A stretch of DNA of 64,000 nucleotides, taken from assembly GCF_009834535.1 (NCBI RefSeq), contig NC_045697.1, positions 8,930,001 through 8,994,000 on the forward strand. The letters are read 5' to 3'. The notes below the pieces were generated by a model, which did no database searches, was not told the DNA's origin, and saw only the letters and a program-made list of their open reading frames with translations. Below are positions 24,558 through 37,672 of the stretch, one piece after another. Source of the stretch: Camelus ferus. Its lineage: Eukaryota. Positions within the stretch are counted from its first letter, which is position 1, and every line of letters starts with the position of its first letter. Made by a program: the position numbers and the translations under genes.

Positions 24558-24742
24558 CAGTAGTTCCCAAAACGTGGTCCTTGAAACAGCAGCATCAGCT
24601 CTCCTGGGGAACTTGCCAGAGCCATTAATTCTCAGTCCCTCTGAGATCACTGAGTCAGAAGATTGGAGGGAGGGCCCCCGTGATCTGGGTTTCACAAGCC
24701 CTCTGGGTCACACTGATGGTCACTAGACAGAGGGAGTCATGT
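24558..24742. mobile_element. MER5A-like hAT-Charlie MITE
   Basis: cagtagttcccaaaacgtggtcc...cagcagcatcagctctcctggggaacttg...tttcacaagccctctggg. Confidence 0.8.
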
Positions 24743-24789
24743 TTTGCTTTGGCTGTTTTTTTTTTAAATGCTCTCCTATGGAATGCCTC

Positions 24790-24960
24790 CTGGATTCTCA
24801 CCACAATTCTGAAAAACTGGCAGGAAAAAGCAAAGCTCACATAGTTACCCCCATTTTGCAGATGAAACAATAAAAATCATAGAGGTTCTATGACTTGCTG
24901 AGGGTTCCCCAAACTGTTGGAGTTAGAAAATTGTCTTCCTATTTCTAGGCCACTCCAACA
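24790..24960 (-). mobile_element. MIR SINE
   Basis: ccccattttgcagatgaaacaataaaaatcatagaggttctatgacttgc. Confidence 0.65.
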
Positions 24961-25129
24961 CAGTGTGCAAAGACAAAGATGAGTGTTCAAGGGGGAACAA
25001 AAGCCCAGAATCAATGGCAGAACATGAAAGGGGAGGGTTTCCATAATCCTCTGGGAATGAATAAAACCATATTAGGAAGCCCATCATCACCTCAGAAAGG
25101 GGAGGACCCAAGGGTAGTACTCAGTGTTG

Positions 25130-25395
25130 CCGTTGGCCCTGAAGACTACGGGCTAGGGTCTAAAGTCAGAGAAACGTGGGGTAAATTTCGGCTCCACTAC
25201 CTCCTACCACTGCAGGGGCTTGGCCAAGGTCCCAGCCTCTCAGAGCACTGGCTTTCTGATTACAAAATGGGTTAAATAATAGAAGTAGTTATCTTAGAGG
25301 TTGTTTTGAGAGTCAGTAAACATGATGCATGAATTCATTAGCTTGTGCTTCTATCATAGCCAGCAATTAATAAATAATTACATTATTATTATGAA
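25130..25395 (+). mobile_element. MIR SINE
   Basis: cttggccaaggtcccagcctctcagagcactgg...acaaaatgggttaaataatag...gttgttttgagagt. Confidence 0.7.
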
Positions 25396-26743
25396 TTGAA
25401 ATAAGAGGGGAGTAAAGACTGACATTTATCTCAACTCTTAGCTATTTGAAATGATGAGATTAGTGGACATTTACTGAACTCCTCCTACACATCCTGGTTT
25501 GTTTCGTAGGGTCCTTTCACAGGTATAGGACTGGGTAGTGGGCAAAATTTATCAAAGCTGAGAGGGCTGGGACTGGGAGAGGAGCATCATCTGGGATGAA
25601 TGGGGATGGCAGAGCTGGAGGGAAGAGGCCTTTGCCTGGAGTTAGGGCCATAGAACCCAGCAGGTAAGATCACATGTTGGATAATAACAGAATTGAGCAA
25701 GTGGGGGCATAGTTTGCAGAGGTGATTTCTTTAAGTCATTTGGGGCCATATCAGAGCCATGGGTGATAATGGAGCACCATTTACATGTGGGACTGGTATT
25801 TTGGCATGAGGATGGTTTGATGGTTTAAAAAGCTCAGGAGAGCTCTCTGCTGTGCTAGGTGTTACAGCAGGTGAAATCTTAATATTGACTTTTGAAAGGA
25901 TATTGAGAACAATGGCAAGTGAACTCTTTTCCTTCTCCTGCAATTGTGGGGGAGTAGGGACACAGGAACATCTGAGGTGTCCCTTCACCTTTCCTAGGAG
26001 AGAAGACTTGTTCATAGGATTGGAGTTACCTCCTGTGGGCCATGCTTGGGGTCCACCCCATGGAAAGCTCTCTGTCTATCTGGTGGAAAATAAGGTTGAA
26101 GGCAAAATAGGGCCAGATTCTGGAGGAGAGTCCTGTAAGCCAGGGTGAAGGACAATTAGGGAGTCTTTAAAAGTCCATGAGTTTGGGAACAAAAGAGTAA
26201 AGTGGTGCTTTACAATAACTCAAAGCATAATTGAAAGTGATTTTTGGATAGATCAAGTAGGAGAGACTAGAAACCCTTTGGCAGTTCAAATTACCATTAA
26301 TTTTTTAAAAAAATATTTTTAGTGGTGCTCCTTTCTCCAGCAATGTTCTGTAAGTGGCAGACAGGCTAAATGGGAAGGATCTCCTTGGTACTGCTAAATC
26401 ACACCATATTACTTAACTCTCTGGGTCTCATTTACCTGGTCGTAATGGGAATTACCTATCTATAAACTGCCTCTTTCACAGGATGTGACTAGTTCATTCC
26501 AAGCTTGGATAATTGGTGTTAGGAACCACTGACTTCCCTTAATTTAGAATTGCCATGGTAAAAGCCACAGCTTAAGAGAAACTATAGAGTAGCAATATGG
26601 ATATATTTTCATTACTGTGAACATATTATTAAAATAAACAGGTTGACATATGTCATAAAAATTAAAGTGGTAGAGAGCTGAACTTAGAATAATAATATTG
26701 AAGGAAAAGAATCCTTTATAGATTGCAGAGTGCATTATGATTT

Positions 26744-27185
26744 TTATTAGTTTATATGGGCCAACTCACTGTAAGAAAGAAGCTAAAAAATTAGCAGCTG
26801 AAACACAATGAAGGCTTGATTTCTTCTCACTTAAGTGTTGAACAGGGATAGTTCAAGTCAGCAGAGGTGGTTGGTGGTGGGGTGACAATTTCTGCTTCAT
26901 GAAGTCTTTCAGGGACTCAGGTTGGTTCTGCCACATTCAACACATGGCTTCCATGGCTGTCCTAATGATTATTCTTGGTCCCCGGCCACATGAAGGAGAA
27001 GAACACAAAGGAGTGTGGAAGTTTCTGTGGCCCAGATATTGACATGGTGCCTGTCACTTCCACTCACATCCCATTGGATCAGACCTAGTTACATGACTAA
27101 ATTGCAAGAGAGGCTAGAAAATGCAACTTAATTCTGCACTAAAGAAAGGAAGCATAGAATTTAGTGGACAGCTGTAATTCTTCTC
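26744..27185 (-). mobile_element. MaLR LTR, MLT1I-like
   Basis: tcagggactcagg...aacacatggcttcc...tcacttccactcacatcccattgg...tgcaagagaggctagaaaatg. Confidence 0.75.
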
Positions 27186-27679
27186 CTAGCAAATCTTACA
27201 AGTACTCGAATCTCTATTTTACTGAAGAAGTCAGTGAAACTTTGGTTAAGTGAATTCCTTGGGAAAACTTTGGCTACCAATGCATGGATCTGGGAAAAAA
27301 ATCAAGATCATTTTATTACTTCTCTATTTATACACGAGCCTCAGAGTTAATTATTCATAAAACCAAGGATTCAGAAAACATCTGCAATGTGCCTAGCACA
27401 CTATCTGTATATACTTGGAATTCAGGGGTGGTCATAGTTCTATTGGTTTTCTGACTGAAGGGTGATTTCTGCATATACTGAATGGACAATAAAACACCCT
27501 TTACCTTTGATTTCTGAATACTGTTTGAACCATAGCATATACCTTATTTCCAAGATGGCTTACATTTTCTACATAACATACATCACATATTAAATAGACT
27601 TACATGTTCACAATGCTGTATATTTCTCAAAAAAAGGCAAAGTAAAATTTCTTGCTGTTTTGTAAATTCTTTGTAGCAC

Positions 27680-28285
27680 CTAGCATAGAGCTTTAGAATC
27701 AGACAGGAAGAAGTTTTACTCTCAGTTCTGCATAGTTAGACAATTCATCTAACCTCTTAAGTCATGATTTTTACTTCTTGTAAAGAGAAAGAAAATATCT
27801 ACCCTGTTTGTCTTGCAGGGTGGTTGGAACAAAAAGTGATAATGAATGTGAAAACGATATGAGATTACAAAACTTGTGGAGACACAGAATCATTATTATG
27901 ATATTCCATCAGTGCTCTGAATTTTATCAGATTACTGAACATACATTTGCTATCATGAAACATTCATAATGTTGTATGTGAGGTAGGGCTTATTATTGTT
28001 GCCATTTTGCAGAAGAGAGAATTGAGATTCAAAGAAGTTAGTGGCTAATTCTTTGCCCATAGTTGGTAAGAATGAAATAGACATTCAAACATTAAAGAAA
28101 GAGTGCTGACTCTGGAGGACAAAGATCAGGATTTGAGGCCCACTTCTGCTAAATATTAGCTGTGTGCGTTTGGGAAAATCATTTTTCCTGAGTCTAATTT
28201 CCTAAACAGAGAGAATAATACCTTTTCCTCCTTATAATCTCACAAGATTCTTATGAAGATCATAGAACCAACGTATTAAAATTAT
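27680..28285. mobile_element. Cluster of three MIR fragments (+ ~27680-27900, - ~27960-28085, + ~28095-28285)
   Basis: MIR cores in alternating orientation, e.g. ccattttgcagaagagagaattgagattc and attagctgtgtgcgtttgggaaaat. Confidence 0.6.
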
Positions 28286-29418
28286 CTCAAGGTTTTTTTA
28301 AATGGCCTTGAAAAGAGTCAGGGATTCTTGGCTCCATCTCTCAAGTCGTTCTGTGGCAGCAGGAGCCACATATGTTGAAGTTTATGCTGTTGCAGGTTGC
28401 TGATTATTTAACTGAGGTCTGGGGTGAGACTTGAGTACATGAGATCCAAGCTTTCAAAGCTGGACCATTATATTATGGAATATTAACTTTGGAGGCCTTT
28501 AAAATTTAATCTTGGACAAGTTGTCATCAAACACAAAATCTTCCCAGGAGGTATCCTTGAAAGATTGTCTTTTAGCTTCAGTTGTAATAATTCTAGCAAT
28601 GAGAACTAACTTATAATAAGGCACATTCTGTCTGGGTATTAGGTTGACCAATATTTATTGAGGCAGCCACTAAGCTAGTGAGCTAACAAAGAGGATTGGA
28701 TTGTCAAATCTGACTTACATGAATCAAAAATCTCACCTGGTGCCAAGATTTACTAATAATTTTGGGGATGCAAATAGTCGAGTGGAACAGGTGAAGCAGG
28801 TAGAGGTCTGGGATGTTCTGTATGACTCCCCAGGTCTTTCCTTCCTGCATCAGATATGAAGTCTCTGGTTTACCATGATAGGTAAAGCCCTTAAGTAAGG
28901 CTTGCAAGCTTCTGCACATAGAAGAGAGTGTTTGGGTTAAGGAACACCTCCATTTTATACCTCAGTTGTACAACTTAGATTATGTGCCCTGAGAAATCAT
29001 TAAATCCATAGATTCTAGGTTTATTTACCACAAGTGATGGTAAACCAGGGACATCCTGCTAAAGACTGGTCATAAATAATTACCCTCTTCCAGGAACTAT
29101 CATAACTTTATTTGCCATGAAGTCCAGTTATCAGCATGTTTATAAGAGATCAGATTGGGGTACCTTCCTTTTTTTCCTTTCCCTAGACTATTCTCTGATA
29201 ACTGAGAGAAAAATGAATCACATGCCAGCTACTTTAATACCTTCCTCTCCAGAGAAGTAGGGAAATAAAATGGTAAACACAACATACAACGTCTCTGACT
29301 TTGATCAATTCGTTTAGGAGAGAAAAGGAAGTAATCAAACAAGTTTAATAGGAACAGAGAGTCTACTGAGTGCTGATCAAGAACATCTCCAACTATGAGA
29401 GTAAGGAAAATGCTGTAG

Positions 29419-29707
29419 GATATCGCTTATATGCAGAATCTTAAAAAAAGGACACAGATGAACTTATCTACAAAACAAAAACAGACACACAGACATAGAG
29501 AACAAACTTATGGTTACCAGGGAGGAAAGGGGGTGGGAGGGGATAAACTGGGAATTGGAAAATTGCACCTCCTGGGAAGTGATGGAAATGTTAGGTATCC
29601 TGATTGTGGTGGTGGTTTCATTGGTGTATCCATCTATCAAAATTCATCAAATTGTACATCTGAAATATGTGTGGTTTACTGCACAGGAACCATGCCACAA
29701 TAAAGGT

Positions 29708-29744
<37 letters not shown>

Positions 29745-29753
29745 ATATATTTA
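29419..29753 (+). mobile_element. Chimeric L1 3' insertion: young-type L1 3'UTR fused to an L1MC/ME-like terminus with a (TAAA)9 tail
   Basis: 29419-29567 aligns with the L1 3'UTRs at ~55760-55910 and ~59720-59890; 29568-29709 has the old L1M terminus (gatggaaatgtt...tgattgtggtggtggtttc...tcaaaattcatcaaattgtac...aataaa); (TAAA)9 at 29710-29745. Confidence 0.8.
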
Positions 29754-29906
29754 AAGAAAAGAATATAGTATTTATCCAGTTGAGGTTCTCTATTTCCAAC
29801 TGATGAGAACTTAATTAAACGTACTGGTCATGGCAAAGAGATGAGGCGCTTGAAGTGGTCCCAAATAATAATAAAATTGAATCTTGAAGAAATTGATAGA
29901 CATTGG

Positions 29907-30111
29907 TAGAGGTGTACTGGTAAATGTTTAACAACCATCTCTCAAACAAAAAAAAAAACAGTGCTGCTTTGTAAAATTGGTCAGTTTTTATGATATAAAT
30001 ATGATCACCATGACTATTTTAAGCCACGAATGTCACATCAGTAAATACAGAATTGGGAAGAAATGGGTGGGCACAGTCACTTTTTGTAGGAGGGCTCCAG
30101 CACCCCACAGC
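29907..30111. mobile_element. MER63-like hAT MITE
   Basis: ggtgtactggtaaatgtttaacaacc...agaattgggaagaaatg...ggctccagcaccccacag. Confidence 0.75.
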
Positions 30112-31730
30112 AGGGACAAAAAAAGAACATTTCTAACTATGGTTAAAAGTTATACCTGTGAAAAGCAGCCCGATTTCCAATCAAATTGCAGTTTGGAGCG
30201 TCTAACCTTGTGAGTTTTGATTTGGGGTTCATTGTTTTTCTTTAGCCACAACTAGGCAAACATGTTATATGCACAAGGCACGCCTGCCTCCGTTGGCAGC
30301 TCTGTCTGTCCTTCCTTAGCTCTCAGCTTCAGCTGCTCTGGAAGATGACTGTCTGTTTGGGACTGCCACCAAGGGACACCTAAGTGAATTTTGTGCTTGC
30401 AGAATAGTCTGTGTTTTATATAGACCATTCCATAAAGAGCCCAAATTAGACACAGATCTGTTTAGCAGTACAGTAACGACACACTCACAAAAATGTGTTT
30501 TATTTAGGCACATGCAAAAGGTCAGTAATGAAGACATATAGAATGTCTGGGAGCAGATAAGACAGGCATGCACAGGCTGAGTCCTAAGGCATAAGCAGAT
30601 TATAGTCAAATCAAGAAGAAGCCAGGAGTTGAAAGAATACACAACTTGGCGTGTGCTGAAACGACAAGCACTTTGGTCTTCCCTAAACATTAAATGCAAG
30701 ACAGGAGTGGGAGCTATTGCAGCTGGCGCAGCAGGCGGGAACCAGACAGGTCACGAGAGTGCTGTAGCAGCCACAAACGCACTTGGACTTTACCTTGTTG
30801 ACATGGAATAAGGTTGAGATACAGTCACTTCAGTGCCAGGCAGCTAAGACTGCTAGAAAGATTTTTTTTCTATTTTTGAGATTAAATCTGTCTGCCTGTT
30901 CTGTCAAATTGTTTTTAATCTTGCCCTTAGAGGTAGAAACATCTAATTTCTCTTTAAACTGATGGCCCTCAGTCATCTGAAGACACGTCTTATGCTCCCC
31001 CTGATGTTCTCAAAGGGTGATGTCTTCATGTTACAAGGATCCAGACTCCTCACCATCCTGGTGTTCCCTTGAGTTCAGCCTGTCCCACATACCAGGGTTC
31101 AGTGATTTGCTCAGGGGTACTAGTTTCAGGGTTGAGGGAAGGGAAGAGTTCAGTCTCAGATGCCAGGAAATTGGATGCTTCTTACCAACTAAGCCTCTGT
31201 ACAATTTTCCTTTTCCATATGAAATTCAGTTCCTTGCTCCTTTCACATCCAGGTAGGATTTGCTTGGTGCTTCACTGGTTCCAAGGAAATATTCAAAATC
31301 CTCCATAAATTTTCTGGAAGAAATTATGGTCTCTGGAATTTGATTTTTCACAGAGGATCTCCTCTGTCTCATGTTTCTGCAGTTATGTGTGTTACCTTTG
31401 AATGACTTTGTCAACTTGGTGCCCAGAACAGTGCTTGGCACTTGACAGGTGCTCAAAATGTATTCATTGAATGAGTATTCAGGCAAGACTCAGCATCCTC
31501 ATTGGTAGCTCTTGAGCTTCAAGCATTTTTTTAAGTTGAGAAGAACTTGCTGAAGATCGATAGTCACAACAGAGCAAGGCTGCAAGTTTCTGCTCGTTGG
31601 TCCTTTTCTCCATCCATGTTCTGAAGTAACTTGTCTCTAGGATCTGCAAGTTCTTTTCTCTCCATCGTGTGTAGTAACTCAGATCTGCCTGGCTCCTATC
31701 TAAAACATATTGAGACACATCCACTAAGAA

Positions 31731-31889
31731 CAATGGTGTACTGGTGAATGTTTAACAACGGGCTCTCCAAAAATTCCCACCACGTCTGATTTCAGAGTAC
31801 CAAGGTGAGGTCACTGAATGTAGAGTTGGGAAGGGACATACGCGGTCAGCTCTTGAGAGCTGGTATAAGCTTGCCCTTCAGGTCACTGT
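31731..31889. mobile_element. MER63-like hAT MITE (second, internally deleted copy)
   Basis: caatggtgtactggtgaatgtttaacaacgggctctcc...gtcactgaatgtagagttgggaaggg. Confidence 0.75.
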
Positions 31890-32049
31890 AGGGGGTCACA
31901 AAACAAAAGATCCACCCTCTTTAGAGGATGGTTGATATCATAAACAGTTACTTTTTCTCTCTTACTACATTCAAAATATCTGCTTAGCATAAATTAGACT
32001 TTCAAAACTAGACTCTCTAGATTTGAAAACTAATGTTCAACCTTTTAAA

Positions 32050-32258
32050 CCAGTGGTACTAAACTGTGAGAAGTGCTGTCCCCCAGAGGGCATTTGGAAA
32101 TTTGCAGGGCTATTTTTGGCTGTAGTAGTAATGGGAGGCTATAAGTACTTAGCAGAGAACCGTCAGGAATGCTGATTATTCCATGGGAAAGACGATCCTG
32201 CACAATAAAGAATTGTCCTGCCCCCAAACTCTATGGCACAATCTTTGGAAAAGTCTGC
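32050..32258. mobile_element. MER20/MER112-like hAT-Charlie MITE
   Basis: ccagtggtactaaact...cccccagagggcatttggaaat...tcctgcacaataaagaattgtcctgcccccaaa. Confidence 0.65.
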
Positions 32259-33244
32259 TTTACACTGTACCTCCCACAGCTTGGCTTTCGGCCAGGTGGT
32301 AATCCTTTATATTCTGCTAAACTTTTGTGAGAGAAGTAATCATACCCTGCCGCTTACAGGGAAAGGAAATCCTATGCTTAGTGACAGATGCTTATTTTAT
32401 TCCTAAATGATTGAAATAAAATGCATTGGAATGAAACTTTTTTCCCTATTAACCTTTAGCAGCATTTATAATGATCATGTTAAATCAAACCTCATTACAA
32501 TGTAATGGGGCCTGACTGAAATACTGCAGGTATGATGCTGAGTAATTTCATAAATTATTAAATGGTAATTGAAAGTAATATGGCAGAATACATTCTACTC
32601 CTGAGGGGGAAAATACAGAAGACTGTGGATGGAAATAAAACTGGTGAAAATACAGCATGTAGACAAGAGCTGGAAGCAAGGCGGGGGAAGGTGATGGAAG
32701 AAATGAACATACCCTTTAATTTTTGGCATTGGGTTAAAATACATAATTTTGATACTGGGGTTACAGTCCCTCCTTGGAACATTGCAGACAACTAGACCCC
32801 TCTCTCACTTCCTGTTTTCAGGCATTCTTTGGGGCAAAATAATCAAATTCAAATTATTTTTTATACTAAATCTCTCTAGATATCATACTTTTATTTCAAT
32901 TACAGTGATTGCAGTTCACTTCAAGCCCTCACTTACCTAATAGCTTTTCAGAAGCTTAAAAAAAAAAATCCCAATCAGTAAAGTAATGGTGCTTTTCTTG
33001 GGGGAAAAAAAAAAACCCCAAAAGTAAAGTAATGAAGACTATGGGTTTGGAGTGACGTCTCTTATCCCACAGAGCCTTCACCATAGGTAGCGGATTCTTT
33101 CAAATTAAAGTGTGTATTAAGCTTTATAAGTTCACTTTTCCAACATGGGCTCAGATGGCAGGGACTGTTCTACAACTTGCTCTTTTCGCTTTATATTATA
33201 GCTTGGGCACCTTTCTATGTTGGTACGTGCAGATCCAAACTTAA

Positions 33245-33980
33245 ACATTTATTTATTAATTTAATTATTTTTAGTTGAAGTATAGCTGATTTATAACTGT
33301 GTTTCAAGTGTACAAATAGCAATTCAATACTTTTATAGATTATACTCCATTTAAAGTGATTATAAAATAATAGCAATATTTCCCTGTGCTGTGTGATATG
33401 TCCTTGTTGCTGATTTATTTGTCACATAGTAGTTTGTACATTTGAATCCCCTGCCTCTATCTTGCCCCTCCTCCCTTCCTGTTCCCCACTGGTAACCACT
33501 GGTTTGTTCTTTTTATCTGTGAGTCTGCTTCCTTTTTGTTATGTTCACTAGTTTGTTGTATTTTTTAGATTCTACATATGAATGATATCATACTGTATTT
33601 ATTTTTCTCTGTCTGACTTATTTCATTAGCATAATTCTTTCCAATTTTATCCATGTTGCTGCAAATGGCAAAATTTTATTCTTTTTTATGGCTAAGTAGT
33701 ATTCTATTCTATATACATTCTATACAGTATTCTATATATATAATATATACCACATAGAGAATATATACCACATATAGAAAATATATTTATATATATATAC
33801 CACAACTTTTTTCTCCAGTCATCTATTGATGGACATTTAGGTTGTTTCTCTGTCTTTGCTATTATAAATAGTGCTGCTATGAACATTGGGGCACACATAT
33901 TTTTTCTAATTAGAGTTTTCTCTGGATGTATGCCTAAGACTGGGATTGCTGGATCATAGGGTAAGTCTTCAGTTTTTCAA
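33245..33980 (-). mobile_element. Cetartiodactyl-type L1 3' end
   Basis: ttgaagtatagctgattt...ccactggtaaccact...atccatgttgctgcaaatggcaaaatt...gggattgctggatcatagg; encodes ORF2 remnant [12 protein letters not shown]. Confidence 0.92.
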
Positions 33981-33989
33981 GTGTATTCA

Positions 33990-35985
33990 CTCTTCTTAAC
34001 CTTTTTCATTTCCATACTAATTTTATAATCATCTCACCAACTTCCATGAAATTTTTGTTGGATGCAAATCTATAAATTAATTTGTGTAGAACTGATACCT
34101 TTAGACTATTGAATCTTCTAATCCATGAATATGGTATAACCCTCCATTTATTTGATTCTCCAATTTTATTTTAGTAATGTTTGTGTTTTTCTGTGTAGGT
34201 ATTTTGCCCATTTTAAAAATTAGATTTATTCCTGAATATTGATGTATTTTAAGGGTAGATATTTTTAGTTGTATTTCTGTAAATTTAATTTCTAATTGTT
34301 GCTAGGATGTAGAAATACAATTAATTTTCATATACTTACTTTGTAATCAGAAATCTTACAAAATTCACTTATTTATTTTCATAATTTATTTGTAGATTTT
34401 TTCATTTTCCATTTATATTGTCATATTTTTAAATTTAATTTTTAGTTACTTTTTAATTTTATTTATTTTCTTTTTTATCTTGCACTCATTAAACCTTCTA
34501 TAGTAATGACACATAGAAGAGGTTGTAGCAGTGTTAGTGAAAAAAATTACTCATGATTTTTGCTGAAATAGTGAGGTAAACTTTATTCAGTATAATCATG
34601 ATGGGTGTAGGACTACTGTCACAGGATTTTATAATTAAGGAGAGAGATTGGACTTGACTCAGAATATAACAAGGAAAAGTCAGGGTTTATAGTGAAGAAA
34701 CAAGGGAGTGGGGGTCAATAGGTGAAAATTACTGTAAGGCTAGTGTAATTCTTTGCTAAACTGACTTAGTAGGATTCTTGCTGAAGGCAGGCACTGTGAC
34801 CAGCTCCCACCTGGGAGATACCGGGAGACGAGGAATTCGGTTGGGATATCAGCATAATCAGATTTTGAGGTTGGGGAATTCTGGCTAAACTGCCTTAGCA
34901 AGACTCTTGCTAAACCTGGACTCTACAGGATGGCGATGGAAGCCCAAGCTCTGGGCTAGTGGAGCTGAAGACTCAGGAGCTTGACTCAGTTTGGCCAAGG
35001 AGAGGATCTCGGTCAGCAGACGTTCTCGTTTCACTCCCAACCTTAGGGGAAGAGTTTCTACTATTCCATCGCTAATATCATGTTTACTATTGGGTTATTA
35101 TTTTTCTTCCTTAACCAGATACTCTATCAGATTAGGGAAGTTTCCTTCAATTTTTTGTTTCCTAGAGTACTTTTTTGAAAAATCATGACTGCATGGTGAA
35201 TTTTATCAAATGCACCCTCAGTACTAATTTAGATATTCATGTGGGGTTCTTATTCATTCTTTTAATATGGTGAGCTACATTAATTAATTTTTTAAAGTGA
35301 TAAACTAACATGCATTGCTGGAAGAAACCCTACATTGTTATAATACATTCTCATTTTATGTATCACTGCATTTGATTTGCTATTACTTTGTTTCAGACTG
35401 TTGTGTGTGTTCATCATAGAGATGGGTCTGTAATGTTTTGTTTGTAATTTCAATGACAGATTTTGAAATTGAGGTTATGTTAATATTATAACAAGAGATA
35501 CTTCTTTTTTTTTTCTGTTCCTGGGAAGAGTTGATATAAGTTTGGCATGATTTCTTATTTTAATATTCAAAAGAATTCCCTGGCTAAGCTATCTTGACTG
35601 AAGGTTTCTTTGTGGAGGGACTTTTACTTATGGTTTAAATTCCTAATATATATGCAGGAATATTCAGATCTTTTATTTATTCTATGTCAGTTTTGGCAAG
35701 CTGTGCTTTTAAGGTATTTGTCTATTTATTTTCAGCTTATTGGCAAAAGTTATTAATAATTTATCTTTCTATTCCTTTAATCACTGTAGAAATTGTGATA
35801 ATATTATTTTTTTCTTCCTAATATATGTTATTTGTGTCCTTTCATTTTTATTTTTTTTAGAATTGAGAGGCGTTTATAAATTATATTAATCTTTAAAAAT
35901 AACCATATTTTTACTTTGTTGATTTTTTATATTGTTTTTATTTTACTGATTTTTCTTTTATGTGTATGATTTTCTTTTTTTCCGA
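33990..35985 (-). mobile_element. Old L1M ORF2 fragment, split by a MER31-like LTR
   Basis: attgaatcttctaatccatgaatatggtat...; reads continuously across the LTR (agaagaggttgtagcag|acgttctcgttt...cttagggga); atcagattagggaagtttcct. Confidence 0.85.
34532..35015 (-). mobile_element. ERV1 solo LTR, MER31-like
   Basis: TG...CA ends; perfect 4-bp TSD GCAG at 34528-34531 and 35016-35019; repeated tgctaaactgac.tag.aggattcttgct motifs. Confidence 0.85.
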
Positions 35986-37022
35986 ATCTCTGCTTAGACT
36001 TTTAACCTCTTAGCCGATGCTTTCCAATATCAATTTCACTATCTATCTCCATGAATGTACAGTTTAGGAATCAAGGAGTAATCTGAGGGACATTGCACGA
36101 GTAATTTTGGGCTCACTTTTCTGTGCTGCTCTTTTGTCTCTGATTTGGGCCCCTCAGTCCTGGCTGCCTTAGTTATCCTTAATTTTAATTTTGAGTCGGT
36201 CTCATCTTAATACTTTTTGTAATTCTAATCCCTTGATTGTCATTGGCATTGATTTCTCTTTGATGCCTTCAAAAAGTGTCATTTTAAAATGTAATTCAGC
36301 TTTTAGGTTGTTTTCAGTAGGAGAATTAGTGTGATAAAGCTACTCATAGTAACTGGGACTATGTATTCATTTTGGAGCCTGCATACAATTGTAGGTTTTG
36401 GATATACCAATTAATTGTTTAATATTCTTTTAGATTTCTAGGTTCTTTCTAAATTTTTGCTTTTATGAATAATGCTGTATGAACATTCTTGTAATATAAT
36501 TTCATGCAATTATACAAGCATTTCTTTAGGATAAATTGTTAATAGTGCATAGCTGGACATGGCTTATATCAACTTTGCCCACCTTTTATTGGCCAGGACT
36601 CAGTTTCATGGCTTCAACCAAATTTCAGAGTAGATTGGGAAATTCAAATGTGTTGTATGTACAGGGAGAAGAAATGTTGTGGCAAACACAGAATTGTCTT
36701 TACTACTAATTACTTCTTAGCTTGTCTGAGTCCCTACATTATCACTGGACTTAACATCCTTAAATATCACTTGGCAAGATACACCACTAAATTAAAATCC
36801 ATAGGGTCTTCCTTTTGCTTTGAGAATGGATTTGTGACTTCTTACAAATGAATTGAGTGATAGACTTTCAATGAAGGATGGTTTTGCTTTGTATTTCTGA
36901 ATTTAGTTCTCTTATCATCTTACCCTGATACTTACTTTTTTTCTTTCTATAAATGATGGGAAGGATTCCAGGGGGCTCTGGTTCACAGTGGGTAGAGATG
37001 ATCACACTTACTGAGTCAAGCT

Positions 37023-37672
37023 TGAAACCAAGGGCAGTCATCAGTTAGACACCTTAAACTATAACTTGCTTAATAAATATTACCCTCTAACCTGCCTTTA
37101 CCATCAAGCTTGCCTTAACTCTTCCTGCAAATCCTCCAAGCTTTATGTTGTTTAGACAATATATCACAAGACTCCTTTAACTGCCCCCTATAGATAACTC
37201 CTTCGACGTATGAGTCCCTATAATAAAGTTTGCTTACGTTGTTTTTCAGGAACTAGTCTTGCCCAATTCAAACTGGTAAAGACCAGTGACCATTCAGCTG
37301 GGCTTGCATGAGTGTCTGATGAATGACCTTTTAACTTCAGAGCACCAAAAACTCTACCCTCAGGTCATGCTATCACCATCATTTTCTGAACATGTTTCCT
37401 ATGAAGAAGGATGTAACTCAGATATGCCTGCACATAACACTGATTATTTTGCCTTTTTCTTACCTCTGATGAACTTTCCCCAGGCCTCAGATCACCCACT
37501 TCTTTGTCCGTAAACATCCCAAGACCATTGCCTTTGGGGAGGTGGATTTGAGATTTGTTCTTCCATCTCCTTGCTTGGCTGCCTTGTGAATAAACGTTTC
37601 TTCTGCTCAACCTCCAGCATCTCAGTGTTTGGCCTGCTGTGTGGGGGTGCAAATGAACCTGGTTTAGGAACA
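37023..37672 (+). mobile_element. ERV1 solo LTR (650 bp, subfamily uncertain)
   Basis: Starts tgaaacc, ends ggaaca; perfect 4-bp TSD AGCT at 37019-37022 and 37673-37676; AATAAA at ~37589 followed by a U5-like segment. Confidence 0.85.

Noticed and set aside
29907..31889. The two MER63-like copies as ends of a composite transposon
   Set aside because: They are in the same orientation, each has its own termini, there is no shared TSD and no transposase lies between them
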